Origin: a virus
Reading direction: 5' to 3' (one strand)
DNA length: 64,000 nucleotides
IMG/VR virus record: IMGVR_UViG_3300018080_000110
Coordinates: 32,001 to 96,000 of that record
Position 1 is the first letter of the stretch, and each line of letters starts with the position of its first letter. The notes under the pieces are model-generated. The model had not been told where the DNA came from. It made no database searches and saw nothing but the letters and a program-made list of their open reading frames with translations. The position numbers and the translations under genes are program-made. Shown in pieces: positions 28,708-40,500 of this stretch.

Positions 28708-29058
28708 GATGAGTAGAGACCTACCTACGACACCACAGTGTCCGAGCTCTGCTTGTCTTCGCCTCTGTGAGCCCAACGGGGGACCCGTCTCTAGCTGACG
28801 CTGACCTACCAACAGCATCTCCATCCGAGTCGGGTTAGAAGTATTGGGCAGGTAGTCGTGCTGAGGAGTCGCGACTACGGGGCAACAACTCCGAGTACCG
28901 CTCTGCAAAGAGTACCTCTCCCGGCCATTCTCAGCTATGCCTGGTTTTGGCGAATGCCGGGATGTACTGCGACCAAAGCGGTGCAAACCGCCCGGGCGGA
29001 AACCCGGGGACGCAGTACATTTCGGGGTTGGGCGGCCTTCGGGCCGCACCCCTTTTAG
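28708..29058 (+). ncRNA. Candidate novel structured ncRNA (~350 nt)
   Basis: Promoter motif upstream, at least six stems with GCAA/GAAA/UUCG loops on the + strand, terminal hairpin plus T-tract, no credible ORF. Confidence 0.6.
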
Positions 29059-29564
29059 CTCCCGTTCGACCATGAGCTGATGCTCTTTTTTACCTCCGAT
29101 GCGAGCTCCGGAGCCATGCCGTAGATCTTTGTGTCGGGTAAAAAGAGCTTTCGATCTACACCAGGGACGATCACTAAATAGGCCCCGTAGAAATGTTCTG
29201 GGTACTTGGGGGGGCTTTTTGGGTCGTCCTCGTACACCTCTGGTCGACAAGTGTCGGGGTGAAATTCGACCTTGGGTTTGTCCGTAGGCCAGTACGATTC
29301 CGAGACGGACAAGACGACGAGACCAAACTCCCCCTGTCCCCAAAACTTGCTTGGGACTTTCTCTCCACGAAACACGTGGTACAGCAAGCTGTCATCCTTG
29401 CGCAATTGACGGACGTACACAAATTCGTCGTCTAGGACAAGGTTCCCGAGAGATACAGCTTTCTCTACGTTCTCTTTGGTGGTGTCACCTGCCTGAGAAA
29501 GAACGCTAGCTCCTCGTTCGATTTCTTCCTCTGATGCAAACATCGGCTTAGGTAGATCGCTCAT
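29055..29564 (-). CDS. Hypothetical protein
   Basis: GGAGGG RBS; in minus-strand operon. Confidence 0.65.
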   Translation of the reverse strand: MSDLPKPMFASEEEIERGASVLSQAGDTTKENVEKAVSLGNLVLDDEFVYVRQLRKDDSLLYHVFRGEKVPSKFWGQGEFGLVVLSVSESYWPTDKPKVEFHPDTCRPEVYEDDPKSPPKYPEHFYGAYLVIVPGVDRKLFLPDTKIYGMAPELASEVKKSISSWSNGS

Positions 29565-29573
29565 CCGGCCCTC

Positions 29574-30467
29574 CTAAAAGTTCTCGTCATCGTCTACGTC
29601 TGTTCCCTCTCCAGACTTGCTGAAATTCCCACCAGTGAGCTGCTTTGCGTCGATCACCTTAGCGGGGTCTAGCTTCATCCGAAACTTCTGGAACTGACGC
29701 AGCACATCCTTCAAAGCCACGTCACTTCTTCGCATGATCACATCCGCTTTCTCGATGGTGCTCATGCAATTCTTTAGCGCCATTGTGTTATCCAATGTCG
29801 CGGGTCTGTGCTCGAGCTCTAGCGCGTGCTTGAACGCTATCTTTCCGATACGAGAGGCTGCCTCTGCTGTGTTGAAAGAATCGTCCGGCCCCGAGATACC
29901 GATCACCCAGGGCAGATGCCTAGGTGCCACATCAGGGGTCGTGACCAAGCTCTGAACGTGAGGGTTCGTATAAGTTCTGCTGCGAAGGAATTCTAGCCAT
30001 TGCGGCTGGGTCAGCAACTTCCTGTTCCAGAAGAAATGCCCGTACGCCAATACACCTTGTGAAGTCAATGCGATCGAAGTGTATTTGCGCAGCTTCCTGG
30101 CTATGGAGGGGTGAGATAGATTCGACAGAAGCAATGGCTCTAGTTTTTCCCGCAGGAAAAAGTCCATCAAGATCAACTGAGCTTCTCTGGTACCCCTGTT
30201 CGGGTGCCACATGTCATAGATCTTGTTCTGCTTCAGGTACTCTCGGGATGGCCTGTGATGTGGATCTTGGGGGGTATACCCAGACGGGCGGGGCAGCATC
30301 GTGCGCCCTACTTCGCGAATGTAGGACGGACTCAACCCATCCAGACCTACGCTATCTAGCGTCTGGAGGATCTCATTCGCATTCAGCTCATCGTGATCTT
30401 CGTAGTCGATCCTGGAGATGAGGAAGCGAATATAGAACTCGCTTGGCGAGCGTGGTATTTCCCTCAT
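29574..30467 (-). CDS. Hypothetical protein (possible terminase small subunit or DNA-binding protein)
   Basis: 297-aa helical ORF two genes upstream of terL; function inferred from position only. Confidence 0.45.
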   Translation of the reverse strand: MREIPRSPSEFYIRFLISRIDYEDHDELNANEILQTLDSVGLDGLSPSYIREVGRTMLPRPSGYTPQDPHHRPSREYLKQNKIYDMWHPNRGTREAQLILMDFFLREKLEPLLLSNLSHPSIARKLRKYTSIALTSQGVLAYGHFFWNRKLLTQPQWLEFLRSRTYTNPHVQSLVTTPDVAPRHLPWVIGISGPDDSFNTAEAASRIGKIAFKHALELEHRPATLDNTMALKNCMSTIEKADVIMRRSDVALKDVLRQFQKFRMKLDPAKVIDAKQLTGGNFSKSGEGTDVDDDENF

Positions 30468-32485
30468 GCCCTCGGATGTTGAGACAGCTCTCTGAGCCCC
30501 GAAATCACCTTATCCAGGTGTTTGACGACGCGCTCTAGAGCCCCAGCATCCACGGACGAGAGACCGAGCCTGGAAGCCACGAGCATTTCACTGAGCCTAC
30601 TCAGTGTATCCTCGAACTCCGGCAGGTACGAGATGAAGGTACCGATGTTCTCGGGATTCAGGAACCCCACAGACAGCACCTTGTCCACAGAAAGGGGATC
30701 GTCCAGAGCTGCCGCCTCCTTCAGCAGCAAGGACTTGACCTGCGGCATCTTGTTAAGCTTAGCCACTGCCGCGGTCTTGGCCTTATGGTACATCTCCGAG
30801 GCCAGGGTGACCGGCCTCGTACCGCTGATCTTGACCCACCTGGAAAGCTTTTGGGCCTCAGCGAGCTTCTCCTTTGCGAACTCGGGTTCCAGCCCCAAGA
30901 CGGCCAGGTTGAAGACAGCCTGGTCATGGTTGATGTAGTCGATCGGCATCACGAAAGAGAGTTTCTCCATCGGGTAACCGCGCATACTGTACGAGCCACT
31001 TCCGCCCGGCTCGTACATAACCTCGACACTATCATGGAGGACAGCCTGAGCCTCCACAGTCTTGCCGTACGAGCCTGGGTCTTCAGACAGCTCGATCATG
31101 TCTCGCATCGGCATCCACCCACAATCCTGCGGGATGCCGTAAGTCCCTTCTTTGATCGTAGAGATCTTGGTGAGACCGGGAACGAGCTTGATGACGATCT
31201 GCTCTCCCATGATCGTAGTGGCCAAGAAACCTTTGTCACCATCCTGCCCTTGCAACGCGCTTTTGACCGTCATCGGGATGATGGCCGTAGCTCCACCCTG
31301 ACGTGCTAGGTAAAAGAAACCGAACCCAGACGGGGTCTCGTCAATGAGATTCGTTCCTTTCCCTACGGGGCTGCCGGCGATGTTCTCCTGCATAGCTGCC
31401 TGAGAGCCGTTGGAGAAAAGGGCCAAAGCGGTATTGGTTCCGTCGAGATCTACACAACGAGGGAACACCCAGCCAACGAGCTCTTTACCGTCTTTGGTCT
31501 TGACCTTGTACTCACCAAACTCGTCAACTACGCCGACCCTGGCGTCGATGAGCGAGTCTTTGACAGTAGAGTCCGTTGAGACAGTCACCGTGCCGTCTCG
31601 CTCAACCTGCTTGACGAGATCTTCCCCAACGACCTTCTCTGCCTCGGGGCGAGAGACCATGCTCTCTTCCGGCAGAAGAGCATTCGGGTTAGCAGTCTTG
31701 ACGACAAAACCACCACGAGTCTTAGAGATCTGTACAACCTTTGGTGGGATCTGCTCCATAGCCGCTTTGAGCATGTCCTTACCGTCGACGGTCTTCCGCG
31801 GTTCGGCCAGTTTTTGGATGAAGTCTCGCGTCGCCTGGTTGGAAGTCAGGGCAGCCAGGAGCGTGTGATCTGCGTTCATCGCATTCTCTACGCTCGTGAT
31901 GTCTGCTTCCTTGATGGTGTGGTGGATGTCGTGCAGTAAGGAATAGTCAGCAGATCCCATCTTCGCGGTTTCGTGCTGACCTACTCGAGCATTACCACCA
32001 AGACCGAATCCACCAGACCGGTAAGGAGGATACAAGACGTTCATCACATCTTGATCTCCTGGACGTTTTGCAGCGGAGTCGAAGAGCTCCGGGCGGAACA
32101 TCGCTTTGCGGATTCTCTCCTTCGTGAGTGGTTGCGACTTCCCATTATGGACAAAGACGTCCATTGGGAACATTTTGCCCTCTTTGATGATGATCGGGAT
32201 GAGAACTCGTTTCGTTCCCTGGAGCTTGTCTGGTGTTGCATCGTCCCGTTGGTTGATGGCCGTCTTGCTGGTCAGCTCCACCGAGCCAATGGCGTACCGT
32301 CGCTCGGGGTCGAGCTCGTTCATCACTAGTCGCGGCTCGAAGTCTCCAACGTACGGCGCCTGCCTGTAGAGCTCGTTGATGATCTCTGCCTGCCAGTCGT
32401 CCGGGTTTTCGGATAGACGGGTGAAGGCCTGAGCAAACTTCGGAAGACCGTTGGGGTCGTCGAGGAAAAGTTCCATCGTTCTCAT
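30464..32485 (-). CDS. Large putative virion core protein
   Basis: 673 aa; PKFAQ, AKMGS, EKLSF, LKEAAA motifs; C-terminal SVDKVLSVGFLNPENI. Confidence 0.6.
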   Translation of the reverse strand: MRTMELFLDDPNGLPKFAQAFTRLSENPDDWQAEIINELYRQAPYVGDFEPRLVMNELDPERRYAIGSVELTSKTAINQRDDATPDKLQGTKRVLIPIIIKEGKMFPMDVFVHNGKSQPLTKERIRKAMFRPELFDSAAKRPGDQDVMNVLYPPYRSGGFGLGGNARVGQHETAKMGSADYSLLHDIHHTIKEADITSVENAMNADHTLLAALTSNQATRDFIQKLAEPRKTVDGKDMLKAAMEQIPPKVVQISKTRGGFVVKTANPNALLPEESMVSRPEAEKVVGEDLVKQVERDGTVTVSTDSTVKDSLIDARVGVVDEFGEYKVKTKDGKELVGWVFPRCVDLDGTNTALALFSNGSQAAMQENIAGSPVGKGTNLIDETPSGFGFFYLARQGGATAIIPMTVKSALQGQDGDKGFLATTIMGEQIVIKLVPGLTKISTIKEGTYGIPQDCGWMPMRDMIELSEDPGSYGKTVEAQAVLHDSVEVMYEPGGSGSYSMRGYPMEKLSFVMPIDYINHDQAVFNLAVLGLEPEFAKEKLAEAQKLSRWVKISGTRPVTLASEMYHKAKTAAVAKLNKMPQVKSLLLKEAAALDDPLSVDKVLSVGFLNPENIGTFISYLPEFEDTLSRLSEMLVASRLGLSSVDAGALERVVKHLDKVISGLRELSQHPRA

Positions 32486-32524
32486 CTCCTAATGGCGGAG
32501 TCTACACCGTGTGAGATATGGCGA

Positions 32525-32878
32525 TCAAGGAATCTTATCTACCTCAGTGGATGTGGTAGCCCCGCCTCCGGTAATGAAATCAGCCCTGAGTTGGTTGTAT
32601 TGCTCTATCAACTCATTGATCTTTTCCACGACCGGGGTTTCGATGTACTTAAAGATCTGTTCGAACAGCGCTCGCGAAACAGCGCGGGACAAGAGCCCAG
32701 ATATATCGTCTGGGAGGTACGCGTCGCCCTTCTCCGGGACCATTACAATCTGGGTGGACCCGTCCGGCTGGGCCACCTTCTTCATCTCGTTCTTGATCGT
32801 GACGTCTGTGGCCAAGGGATCTGAGGTCAGGTACTTGAACAACAGGTCCTCGAACCCTTTTTGTGCTGGGGCACTCAC
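32525..32878 (-). CDS. Hypothetical protein (baseplate region)
   Basis: Coupled to the spike gene. Confidence 0.55.
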   Translation of the reverse strand: MSAPAQKGFEDLLFKYLTSDPLATDVTIKNEMKKVAQPDGSTQIVMVPEKGDAYLPDDISGLLSRAVSRALFEQIFKYIETPVVEKINELIEQYNQLRADFITGGGATTSTEVDKIP

Positions 32879-34128
32879 GGGGACACCCTAACCGTTTTCG
32901 ACAAGATAGTAGGTAGGGCCCCGACCTTTGGGTCTGGGACGAACCACACAGGGAGGTGAATGTGTGTCGCTAGCCAAGCAACCAGAACCTCCCCCAAGAC
33001 AGCGGACACTCCAGGCGCCGGACCGAGCATGACCTGAGCTGCCTTGATCGTCTTTATGCCGGTGATGTTCTCGTTGCTGACTGCGGCTTTAAGACTGTGA
33101 CTGGTCTGCGCCTCTTGCGCGATGGATAGCGCTTTGAGAGTTCTGGCCCCGGTGATCTCTACGGTGTCCGTACCTTTGACTGTGACCTTACGGTCCTTTT
33201 CGATCGTGTACTCAAGCGATCCCTGCATCTCTACAGTTTGATCGCCTTCGCTGCCGATCGTCATCTTGAAGTTTGGGATACCCGACACGCTCCCATCACC
33301 AACCGTCACATTCTCCGGGGCCACTACCATCTCATAGCGGATATCATCGTCGACGTGTCCCATCTTGATCTGGATGTCCGCTTTGTCATTCTGCGCTTTG
33401 TCACGCAAGGTGAGGCGGTAGAGGACAGGGGCCTTCCCTCCTGGGTCGTTCTCCTGTCGTTGTACGGTCCACTCCAGCTCACCACCCGGAGTGTTGACCT
33501 CGTAGTTCTCGGCGAAGTGCCGCATGAAGTTCTTCAGCGGAACATAGACCGTCTGGCAAGTGGGGGTTCCTGCTATCTGGACAACCCCTCCCCTACGAAG
33601 AGCAATGAAGTTCTCGTCACGCGTACGGAGCATGATGTCGCCGGGGTTCATGTACGGACGACCTGCTCGAGCGGAAGCTCCAGTGGTTTTGAGCTCAGCG
33701 GAACCCGTGGAAGTTGTCGAGGCCGGTGCCCCCACCTTCTTCACGAGATCTTCGAGCTCTTCTGTTTCCGTATCTACCTCTCCGGCCTTATCTTCCAGGT
33801 TGTCCTGCTTGGCACCCTCTAGCTCAAAAGCTCCGATGAAGGCGAGCACGAATGGGGTGTCGTCGTCTGATGGTTGACACACCAGGCAGGCAGACCCCAC
33901 TTCCGGCATGGCGTAGATGCCCTCTCCGTTGTTTGTGTGAAAGTAAGGACCCGCTATCTGGCAATTGGTGACGGGCTTGCTTTCGTAATCTGTAAGCACG
34001 TCGACAGTGAAGTTCTTTAGATCGACGTTGTAGACAATCCCCTTTTCGATCCAAGCAGGATCCTGCTCGGATTTAGAGGGAGAGTTGTCCGTGCTCGTCA
34101 GAACTACGGGACCTACTTCTGCCACCAT
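32875..34128 (-). CDS. Baseplate central spike (gpV/gp5-like)
   Basis: N-terminal OB fold (GIVYNVD..TVDV, GIYAMPEVGSACLV), beta-repeat C-terminus, terminal HxH (THIH) metal-binding tip. Confidence 0.75.
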   Translation of the reverse strand: MVAEVGPVVLTSTDNSPSKSEQDPAWIEKGIVYNVDLKNFTVDVLTDYESKPVTNCQIAGPYFHTNNGEGIYAMPEVGSACLVCQPSDDDTPFVLAFIGAFELEGAKQDNLEDKAGEVDTETEELEDLVKKVGAPASTTSTGSAELKTTGASARAGRPYMNPGDIMLRTRDENFIALRRGGVVQIAGTPTCQTVYVPLKNFMRHFAENYEVNTPGGELEWTVQRQENDPGGKAPVLYRLTLRDKAQNDKADIQIKMGHVDDDIRYEMVVAPENVTVGDGSVSGIPNFKMTIGSEGDQTVEMQGSLEYTIEKDRKVTVKGTDTVEITGARTLKALSIAQEAQTSHSLKAAVSNENITGIKTIKAAQVMLGPAPGVSAVLGEVLVAWLATHIHLPVWFVPDPKVGALPTILSKTVRVSP

Positions 34129-34138
34129 CGGTTAGATC

Positions 34139-34528
34139 CTAGAGCAACTTGGACGCGCCGTAACCGGCAGCCACAGGGACGGCTAGAGTTCCAGCCATCT
34201 GCCCATACCTAGATTTTCCAAGAGCCTTGAGGCCTCCCATGAACTGACTACCACCACGCTTACCAGCTGTGGCCGCACCAGCGCCCCAGATCTGCTTCAT
34301 GTGGGGGATAGTGCCTCCTGCTCGAACAGCGCCACCTCCGCCGATGCGAGAGGCCATGGCCCCTCCACGAGACATCGCCATCGGGACCTTTTTGGTGACG
34401 GCTTTCGTCAAGTGGCCCAGCCCAGATCCAAGGAACCTCAGAGCTCCACTAGCCAAAGCGTTCTTTTCGATTTCGGAAAGCTCGCTGAGGAAGGAGGTTG
34501 CCATCTTCGTCATGTACTCTTGATCCAT
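34139..34528 (-). CDS. FxxELxxIEK-leader Gly-rich basic protein
   Basis: TSFLSELSEIEKNAL then amphipathic Gly-rich helices. Confidence 0.65.
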   Translation of the reverse strand: MDQEYMTKMATSFLSELSEIEKNALASGALRFLGSGLGHLTKAVTKKVPMAMSRGGAMASRIGGGGAVRAGGTIPHMKQIWGAGAATAGKRGGSQFMGGLKALGKSRYGQMAGTLAVPVAAGYGASKLL

Positions 34529-34537
34529 TGTCTTCCC

Positions 34538-37500
34538 TCAATATGGTTTCTTCTTGCCGAACTCCGCTCCATAAGCAAGAGCGGGGATCGGATGCTTACC
34601 GTGGATATTGCTGGACCATCCCTGATTTGCTGCGTCTATCACAGTAGAGTTCAGCTTCTCGTGGTTCAATCTTGCCATCCAATCTGTCTGAATGTCGAGC
34701 GGCAAAGTTTTTACACCCTTGAGCACGGGCGTATGTACGATGGGCTTCTTCTTACTAGCAGCTAGACGCTTGTTGAGAGCCTGTACCTTGGAAGTGGGAG
34801 CAAAATCTCCGCGGATGAACTCTGAGTGGTCTCCGGGGTCTTTCACCTGTGTCAGGTTTGTCATGCTCTTGACCACCGTTTCCACATTCCTTCTCCGGAT
34901 ACCCTCCCCCTTGTAGAGATCGTAGAGCTGCCCAGCCACGTACCCTTGCACCTTGTTGACGCCTGTCAGAGGCAGCATCTCGTGGATATTCACGGGACCT
35001 CTTGACAGAGGAGTGCCCTTAGAGAGCTGCATTCCCTTACGTAGTCTCCGAGGCCTGTCCCCGATGACAGCCATGGGCTCACCTCGATCTTGGGGCACGT
35101 AGTGACGAACTCCGTTGATCGACACATCAAACCCTCCAGCAGGGTTCTTCTTTATCTTATCCACTTTGCCGCTAACAGAACTGAGAGGTGCAGCCCCTGG
35201 TACGTGTTTCGGCATCTGCACGAGCTCTTGCACTCTGCTGAACTCGTCTGTCAGCAACGCCTTGGCCTGACCCTTCTTCCCTACGGGGGCAATGCCTCCC
35301 TCATGAAATGTGCGCATGGAGAGCTGTGTGGCTCTCTCACCAATGGATTGTGCGCTGGTGACGCCGACGTTCTTACCAGTCGGCGGGTTGTTTCCATCCT
35401 CGTCAAGCCCGTAGCACTTCGAGCAGATTCCATCTCCGTGCTCGCAGCGAAGAGGAGAACGGACCACGACACGACGTACCTTGTTGTTCCGTAGACTGTC
35501 CCTGACCCCGGGTGTGATTAGCGTACCTGCCTTGAAAGACTTAGATCCCGACTTTACCGGCACCGCAAGGTAACGATCGATGACGTCCCTTTCATCCACT
35601 GGGAGGCTGATGCCCTTGTTGGTGGCACAATCCTCAGTCCCAATAGAATTGTTCATCACCGAATTGATCATCTGCTTGGTGAAGTACCCAGGCTCTTGCA
35701 CAGCCTGGACCTTTTGGACGACGCCCTTTCTCGCCCCACTCATCTGGGTCCAGTAGTCTCCTATGTCCAAGCCTTCTGACCAGCTTTTGCGAATGGGTTC
35801 TGGGATGACCTCCCCCTTCGCGTTCATCATCAGCATGGGAGCCATCGTGATCTGTCGGTAGGCGCCCATCCGGGGCTTCACTCCCGCCTTCATCATCTGG
35901 TAGATGGTAGATCCCTTTTTGCCGTGCTTTTTCTCGATGGTGTTGATCATTTGCTCGGAAGCACGATCGTAGATCTGCACAGCCTTCTTCTGCTTGTCCT
36001 TCAATGACCCTTTGCCAGACATGATGTCTTTGACTTTGCGATCTGCAGCACGAAGGATTTGATCTCTTTCCGTTTTGTCGGCCTTGATGTCGGACAATCC
36101 AATGGACGCAGCGTGAGTGGTGGCGTACTGGTTGCCTAAGTCTTTGAGCTTGTTTGCGACTTCGCCAAAATCGTTCTTGTGCTGTTTCGCCACGGTAGTA
36201 AGGAGGTCACTTTGCCCATTGCCGTCCATGTTGATCTTGCCTTGGAGAACACTTTGTCTCATGGGTTTAGGCAGAGCATTGGCAACTAGAGCGCGGCCAA
36301 CAGTTGTGCGTGTCCCGCCGACCCTCACAACATCAGTCATGCCGATCTTCCCGGACTGTGCAGCCTTGGCTGCCTCAGAGGTGCTGGAGAAGGATTGATT
36401 GGTCTTCTTCCCCTCCTGAGTCAACATGTAGATCCCGAGTTGACTCTCATGTGTGGGTCGGTACATCAGCTTACCGGTAGCTGGACTGAACAGGTTTCTT
36501 GAGGGGAACATCTTCTTGGCCTCTTGCACCGCCTCATGGCCTACCGGAACAAAGGCACTCATTGAATCTCCGTCAAAGTCGGCATTATAGCCCGACGTCA
36601 CCAGCGGGTGGATCTTCACAGCTTTACCGGATGTAAGGATCGGTTTGAATGATTGGACTCCGTACTTATGCAGCACTGGATCTCTTTTGAGCAGCAGAGG
36701 TCTTTCTTCTACGACACGCTCTAAAGCACGTCTAGCTAAAGGATCTCCTTCTTTGACCATCTGCTGTGCTTTAAGAGGCGTGACATCGGCGATGTTCCTG
36801 AGCTCTCGCACAATGAATGGCTTGTAGATTTCCATCGCTGCTTTTTTCGGGATGCCTACTTGATCCAACCCAAGCTCTGGCTCTGGGATGATCGTCGAGC
36901 GCATGCTCATATCCTGCTTGCGCTTGACCAGCTTTGACTGGAAGTAGCTTTCCCGAGGTGGACCGCCCTTCTGCTTTGTGTCCTTGTCCAGCGTTCTTCC
37001 GGATATGATATCCATCACGCCGCGATAGCGCCGATTCTGGTACCCACCGACACCAGTGAGGGACTTCATGGCGTCATAGATCCCGGCTCGGCGTCGGTTG
37101 AACTCCTCGGGCAGCTCGTTCTTATGCGTGGACTTGAACTGCTTGATCTCTAGACCCAGACCTTTGTACATGTGATTCAAGTCGTCATTGATGATCGTAC
37201 CGTCGGGCGTAGAAGAGATCGGTCTCATAGATGGAGGCATCACGGGGACGTGTTGGGTCATGTACGCCTCGGTGGGGGACACGCCCAACTTCTTCAAGTT
37301 GCGTAGGTATTTCACCTTTTTGTTGATCTGATCTAGTCGGTTTCCTTTCAACCCTGGCTTTTGTAAGGCTTTTTCGGCCTCCGCTAGATCTTTGTCTACG
37401 TTGATCTTCTTCAGCAAATGAGATATGGCAGGCCCGGAAGAGATCCCCTTATCCGGAGAGGTGATCTTTCCAGTCTTGGGGTCGATGGCGGACGTACCGT

Positions 37501-40500
37501 CCATCAATGAATTGAGCTCTTTCTGCTTCATACCCGTCAGCGATAGGATCGACTTCTCGAACACAGGATTGGGCATCGGTTCGGGCAACTTGATGTGCGT
37601 CCACTTGGTTCCATCTCTGCCGCCAGTCTTGTCCTTATCAAAGATCCCACCTTTCTCTTCCTTGAGATCTTTGCCTGTCACCATCCTCCCAGCGTCTTTA
37701 ATCTCGCCGTTGCTCATCTCCTTGACGTCTTTGTCCAAGAGGGGCATCAGATTGATGTTGTTCCCTTCCTTAGCCATGTTCACGCCCATGGTCTTCATCA
37801 GGCTGGCGAACTTGTTGTAAGCGAAGGTTGGTTTAGGAGTAGGGAGTGGGTCTCCGGACTGAATAGCGGACCAAAACTGATCGTTGTTTTCTGCGTTGCT
37901 CTTGTAGGTCTGCATCTCTCTAATGTTTGCCGGCACCCCGTGGGCGAGCATGGCGTACATCCCGAGAGAATCCAGAGCCTGGGCGCCGTGTGGACCTCCC
38001 CCCTTCGGCATCTTGTTTCGGTCGTACGCATACCCCGGCCCACCAGCGCGAGCGATCAACTTCTTACCCACCTGGTGCTTCAGCTTGTGGATGTAGTGCG
38101 GGCCGACCAGAACCTTCCCCATGCTCTTGCCAGTCTTGGGGTCGAATAGCTCTTCCTTGTCCTCGATGCCGTGCTTCTTTAGCTCTTTTTCGATCTCTTC
38201 CCGTTTATCCGGGGAGCCGTCGAAGTTCTGGACCTTGAAAGGCTTGCCAGTCTTTTCGGCGATCTTACCTGCAGCTGTCTCTAGGACCTGGCCCAGGTTG
38301 AGACGTCCCGGTACACCAGCCGGGTTGAGGGCGACCTCTATGTGCTTGCCGTCCCCAGTCTTTGGCATCTCGTCGTCTTTGACGATCTTTGTGATGATGC
38401 CCTTGTTCCCACTCCGACCTGTGATCTTGTCGCCGATTTCTGCTGGCTCGTCTGTCTTGACGTGAACTTCTGTGCGCTTGCCTCGCTTTACTACGTTAGT
38501 CACAACTCCGGGGTGATCGTTCTCCCACGAAACGGACACGTTGTCGTGTGGGTGAGCCAAAGACCTGTGCATGCGACGACGGACTCTGTCCTCGTCTGTG
38601 TCTTCCCGCTTGCGCAAGGCCGCCACGAGTGTATCGCCCGGGAGGATTTTTTGTCCCTTGCGAACTACCCCGTCGTCGTCAAGCTTCTCTGCTTGTTCCT
38701 TCGTCAGAGCGCTATCGTACTCTGAGAGGAACTTCTGCTTGTTGAAGATATGATCTTTGGTCGTGTCTATACCCTTACGGTGCATGTGCTCGCTGGTCAT
38801 CTTTTTCGCAGCTGACTCTGATACCACGACTCCATCCTCGAAGTTGTAGCCGTGGAAGGGTACATAGGCTGTCTTCAAGTTTGTCCCCAGAGCCAAACGT
38901 CCGCCCTTGGTGAAGTTCGTATCGGCTACGGTCTGCCCTTTCTTTACTTTGTCCCCGACCTTGACCAAGGGCTCAGAATGGAGGAACCCCTTGTCGTCGT
39001 TCAAGGGGAAATGATCATAGATCTGTACTTCCTTCTCTTTTCCGTCTTTTCCTTTGACGACAACGGCATCCTTCTTCAAGGAGACGATCTCTCCCGAGAT
39101 AGGAGAGGTGTGGGAATTGATCTTCCCCATGAAGTCCACCAACCCGGACCCTTCCTTCTTCGCATCGATAACCGGCTCCACCAAGGGAGCCTCTCTATGC
39201 TTGAGAGGGATCGCCTGTTCCATTTGGCGTCCGGCGTACGTAGCCCTATTACCAGAGTTGTTCTGTAGGAAGGGGACCATATTGGAAGCGACAGAGAAGA
39301 GTTGAGCCGGAGCCGCCATCACGTAGTCGGCGCTCTTCATGCTACCTGACGAAACTTCGTTTTCCACGTCGCTCATCTTCACGGTCTTATGACGGGGGAC
39401 GGGTTTCCCGTCCTCCCACTTCACCTGATCCGGGAGGACGACTTTGGAGTGAAAAGCCTTTTTGGGGTCTACGTCCTCCATCTTTCCAGTTTTGATGTTG
39501 TACATCTTGGCCGTGACAGTACGCCCCTTTTTGGAAGCTCCTAAGGGTAGATGCAAAGTCACACCAGTTCTCGAACCCTCCGGAGTGTGGATCGAATCCA
39601 AGTACCCTAGGTGAGAAGGATTGACGAGCTTGGCGTCTTCCGTGATCGTGTGCTCGCTTTTGATCCCTCCCTCTCCCATGATCGTAGTCTTCATGGCCCC
39701 AGAGATCATCTCCAACGGGTTAGTTTGATCTGGCCTCGCCGAATGACCGGGTCCCGTGAACAGATTCTTCATGGGGCGGTTAAAGAGATCTGGTGCCACT
39801 ACTTCTCTGATCTTTTTCTTGCGGTCGATGTTGTTACCGACACGCCGCAAGATCTCCCCACTCTTTTTTGAAATGGCTTCTGAAGCAAAATCTTCTGTGG
39901 AGAGAAAGTTCTTGAACATCAAGCTGTCGCGATCGTCCTGCTTGACATCTCCTCGACTAATTCCCAACAACTTGTTAGCGGCAGCCAGGATTGTGTCGCC
40001 ACCCACCTTTTTGTCTTTCCTCCCCAAAGTGATCTCAGCCACTTCTGGGTCTAGCTCTGCCCCTCCCATGAACTCATGTAGGAACGCTTTAGCCTCTGAC
40101 GCATCTTTTGGTTTCTCTCTCGTCGTCGCACGGTAAAAACGCTCTAGAGCCTTAGCGTGGTCCCCAGATTTAGACTGGTTCGCCCGCAAGATCTGTTTAC
40201 CCCACTGCTTTTCGAGTTGCTCATCGGAGACCCCCATTTCCCTCATGACAGGATAGAGAGGGATGTTGGTATCACCCTTCTTCATAGAGAACTGAGAAGA
40301 GTCAGGGTCGAAGTACACCTTAAACGCGCTGCGACCCTTGAGGTGGAAAGAGGACTCCAGGTCCCCGCGGTCGTTACGACGGGAGTAGACACCCGGACGT
40401 AGACGCCACTGGTTGTCGATTTGTCTCTCTTGCCCGTCTACGATGTAACTATGCCGGCTTGTGACCTTGGGAAGATTAAGCAAGCGCTGTTTCCTCTGAT

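Noticed and set aside
28861-28880. CTGAGGA resembling a hammerhead core (CUGANGA) or RNase P GAGGAAAGUC
   Set aside because: No properly placed stem II plus GAAA, and no other RNase P conserved regions; tmRNA-like ends are also absent.
28663-29343. 226-aa minus ORF and 66-aa plus ORF (28858-29058) across the structured region
   Set aside because: Non-protein-like composition, no RBS, overlap with real genes; stem and tetraloop pattern favours RNA.
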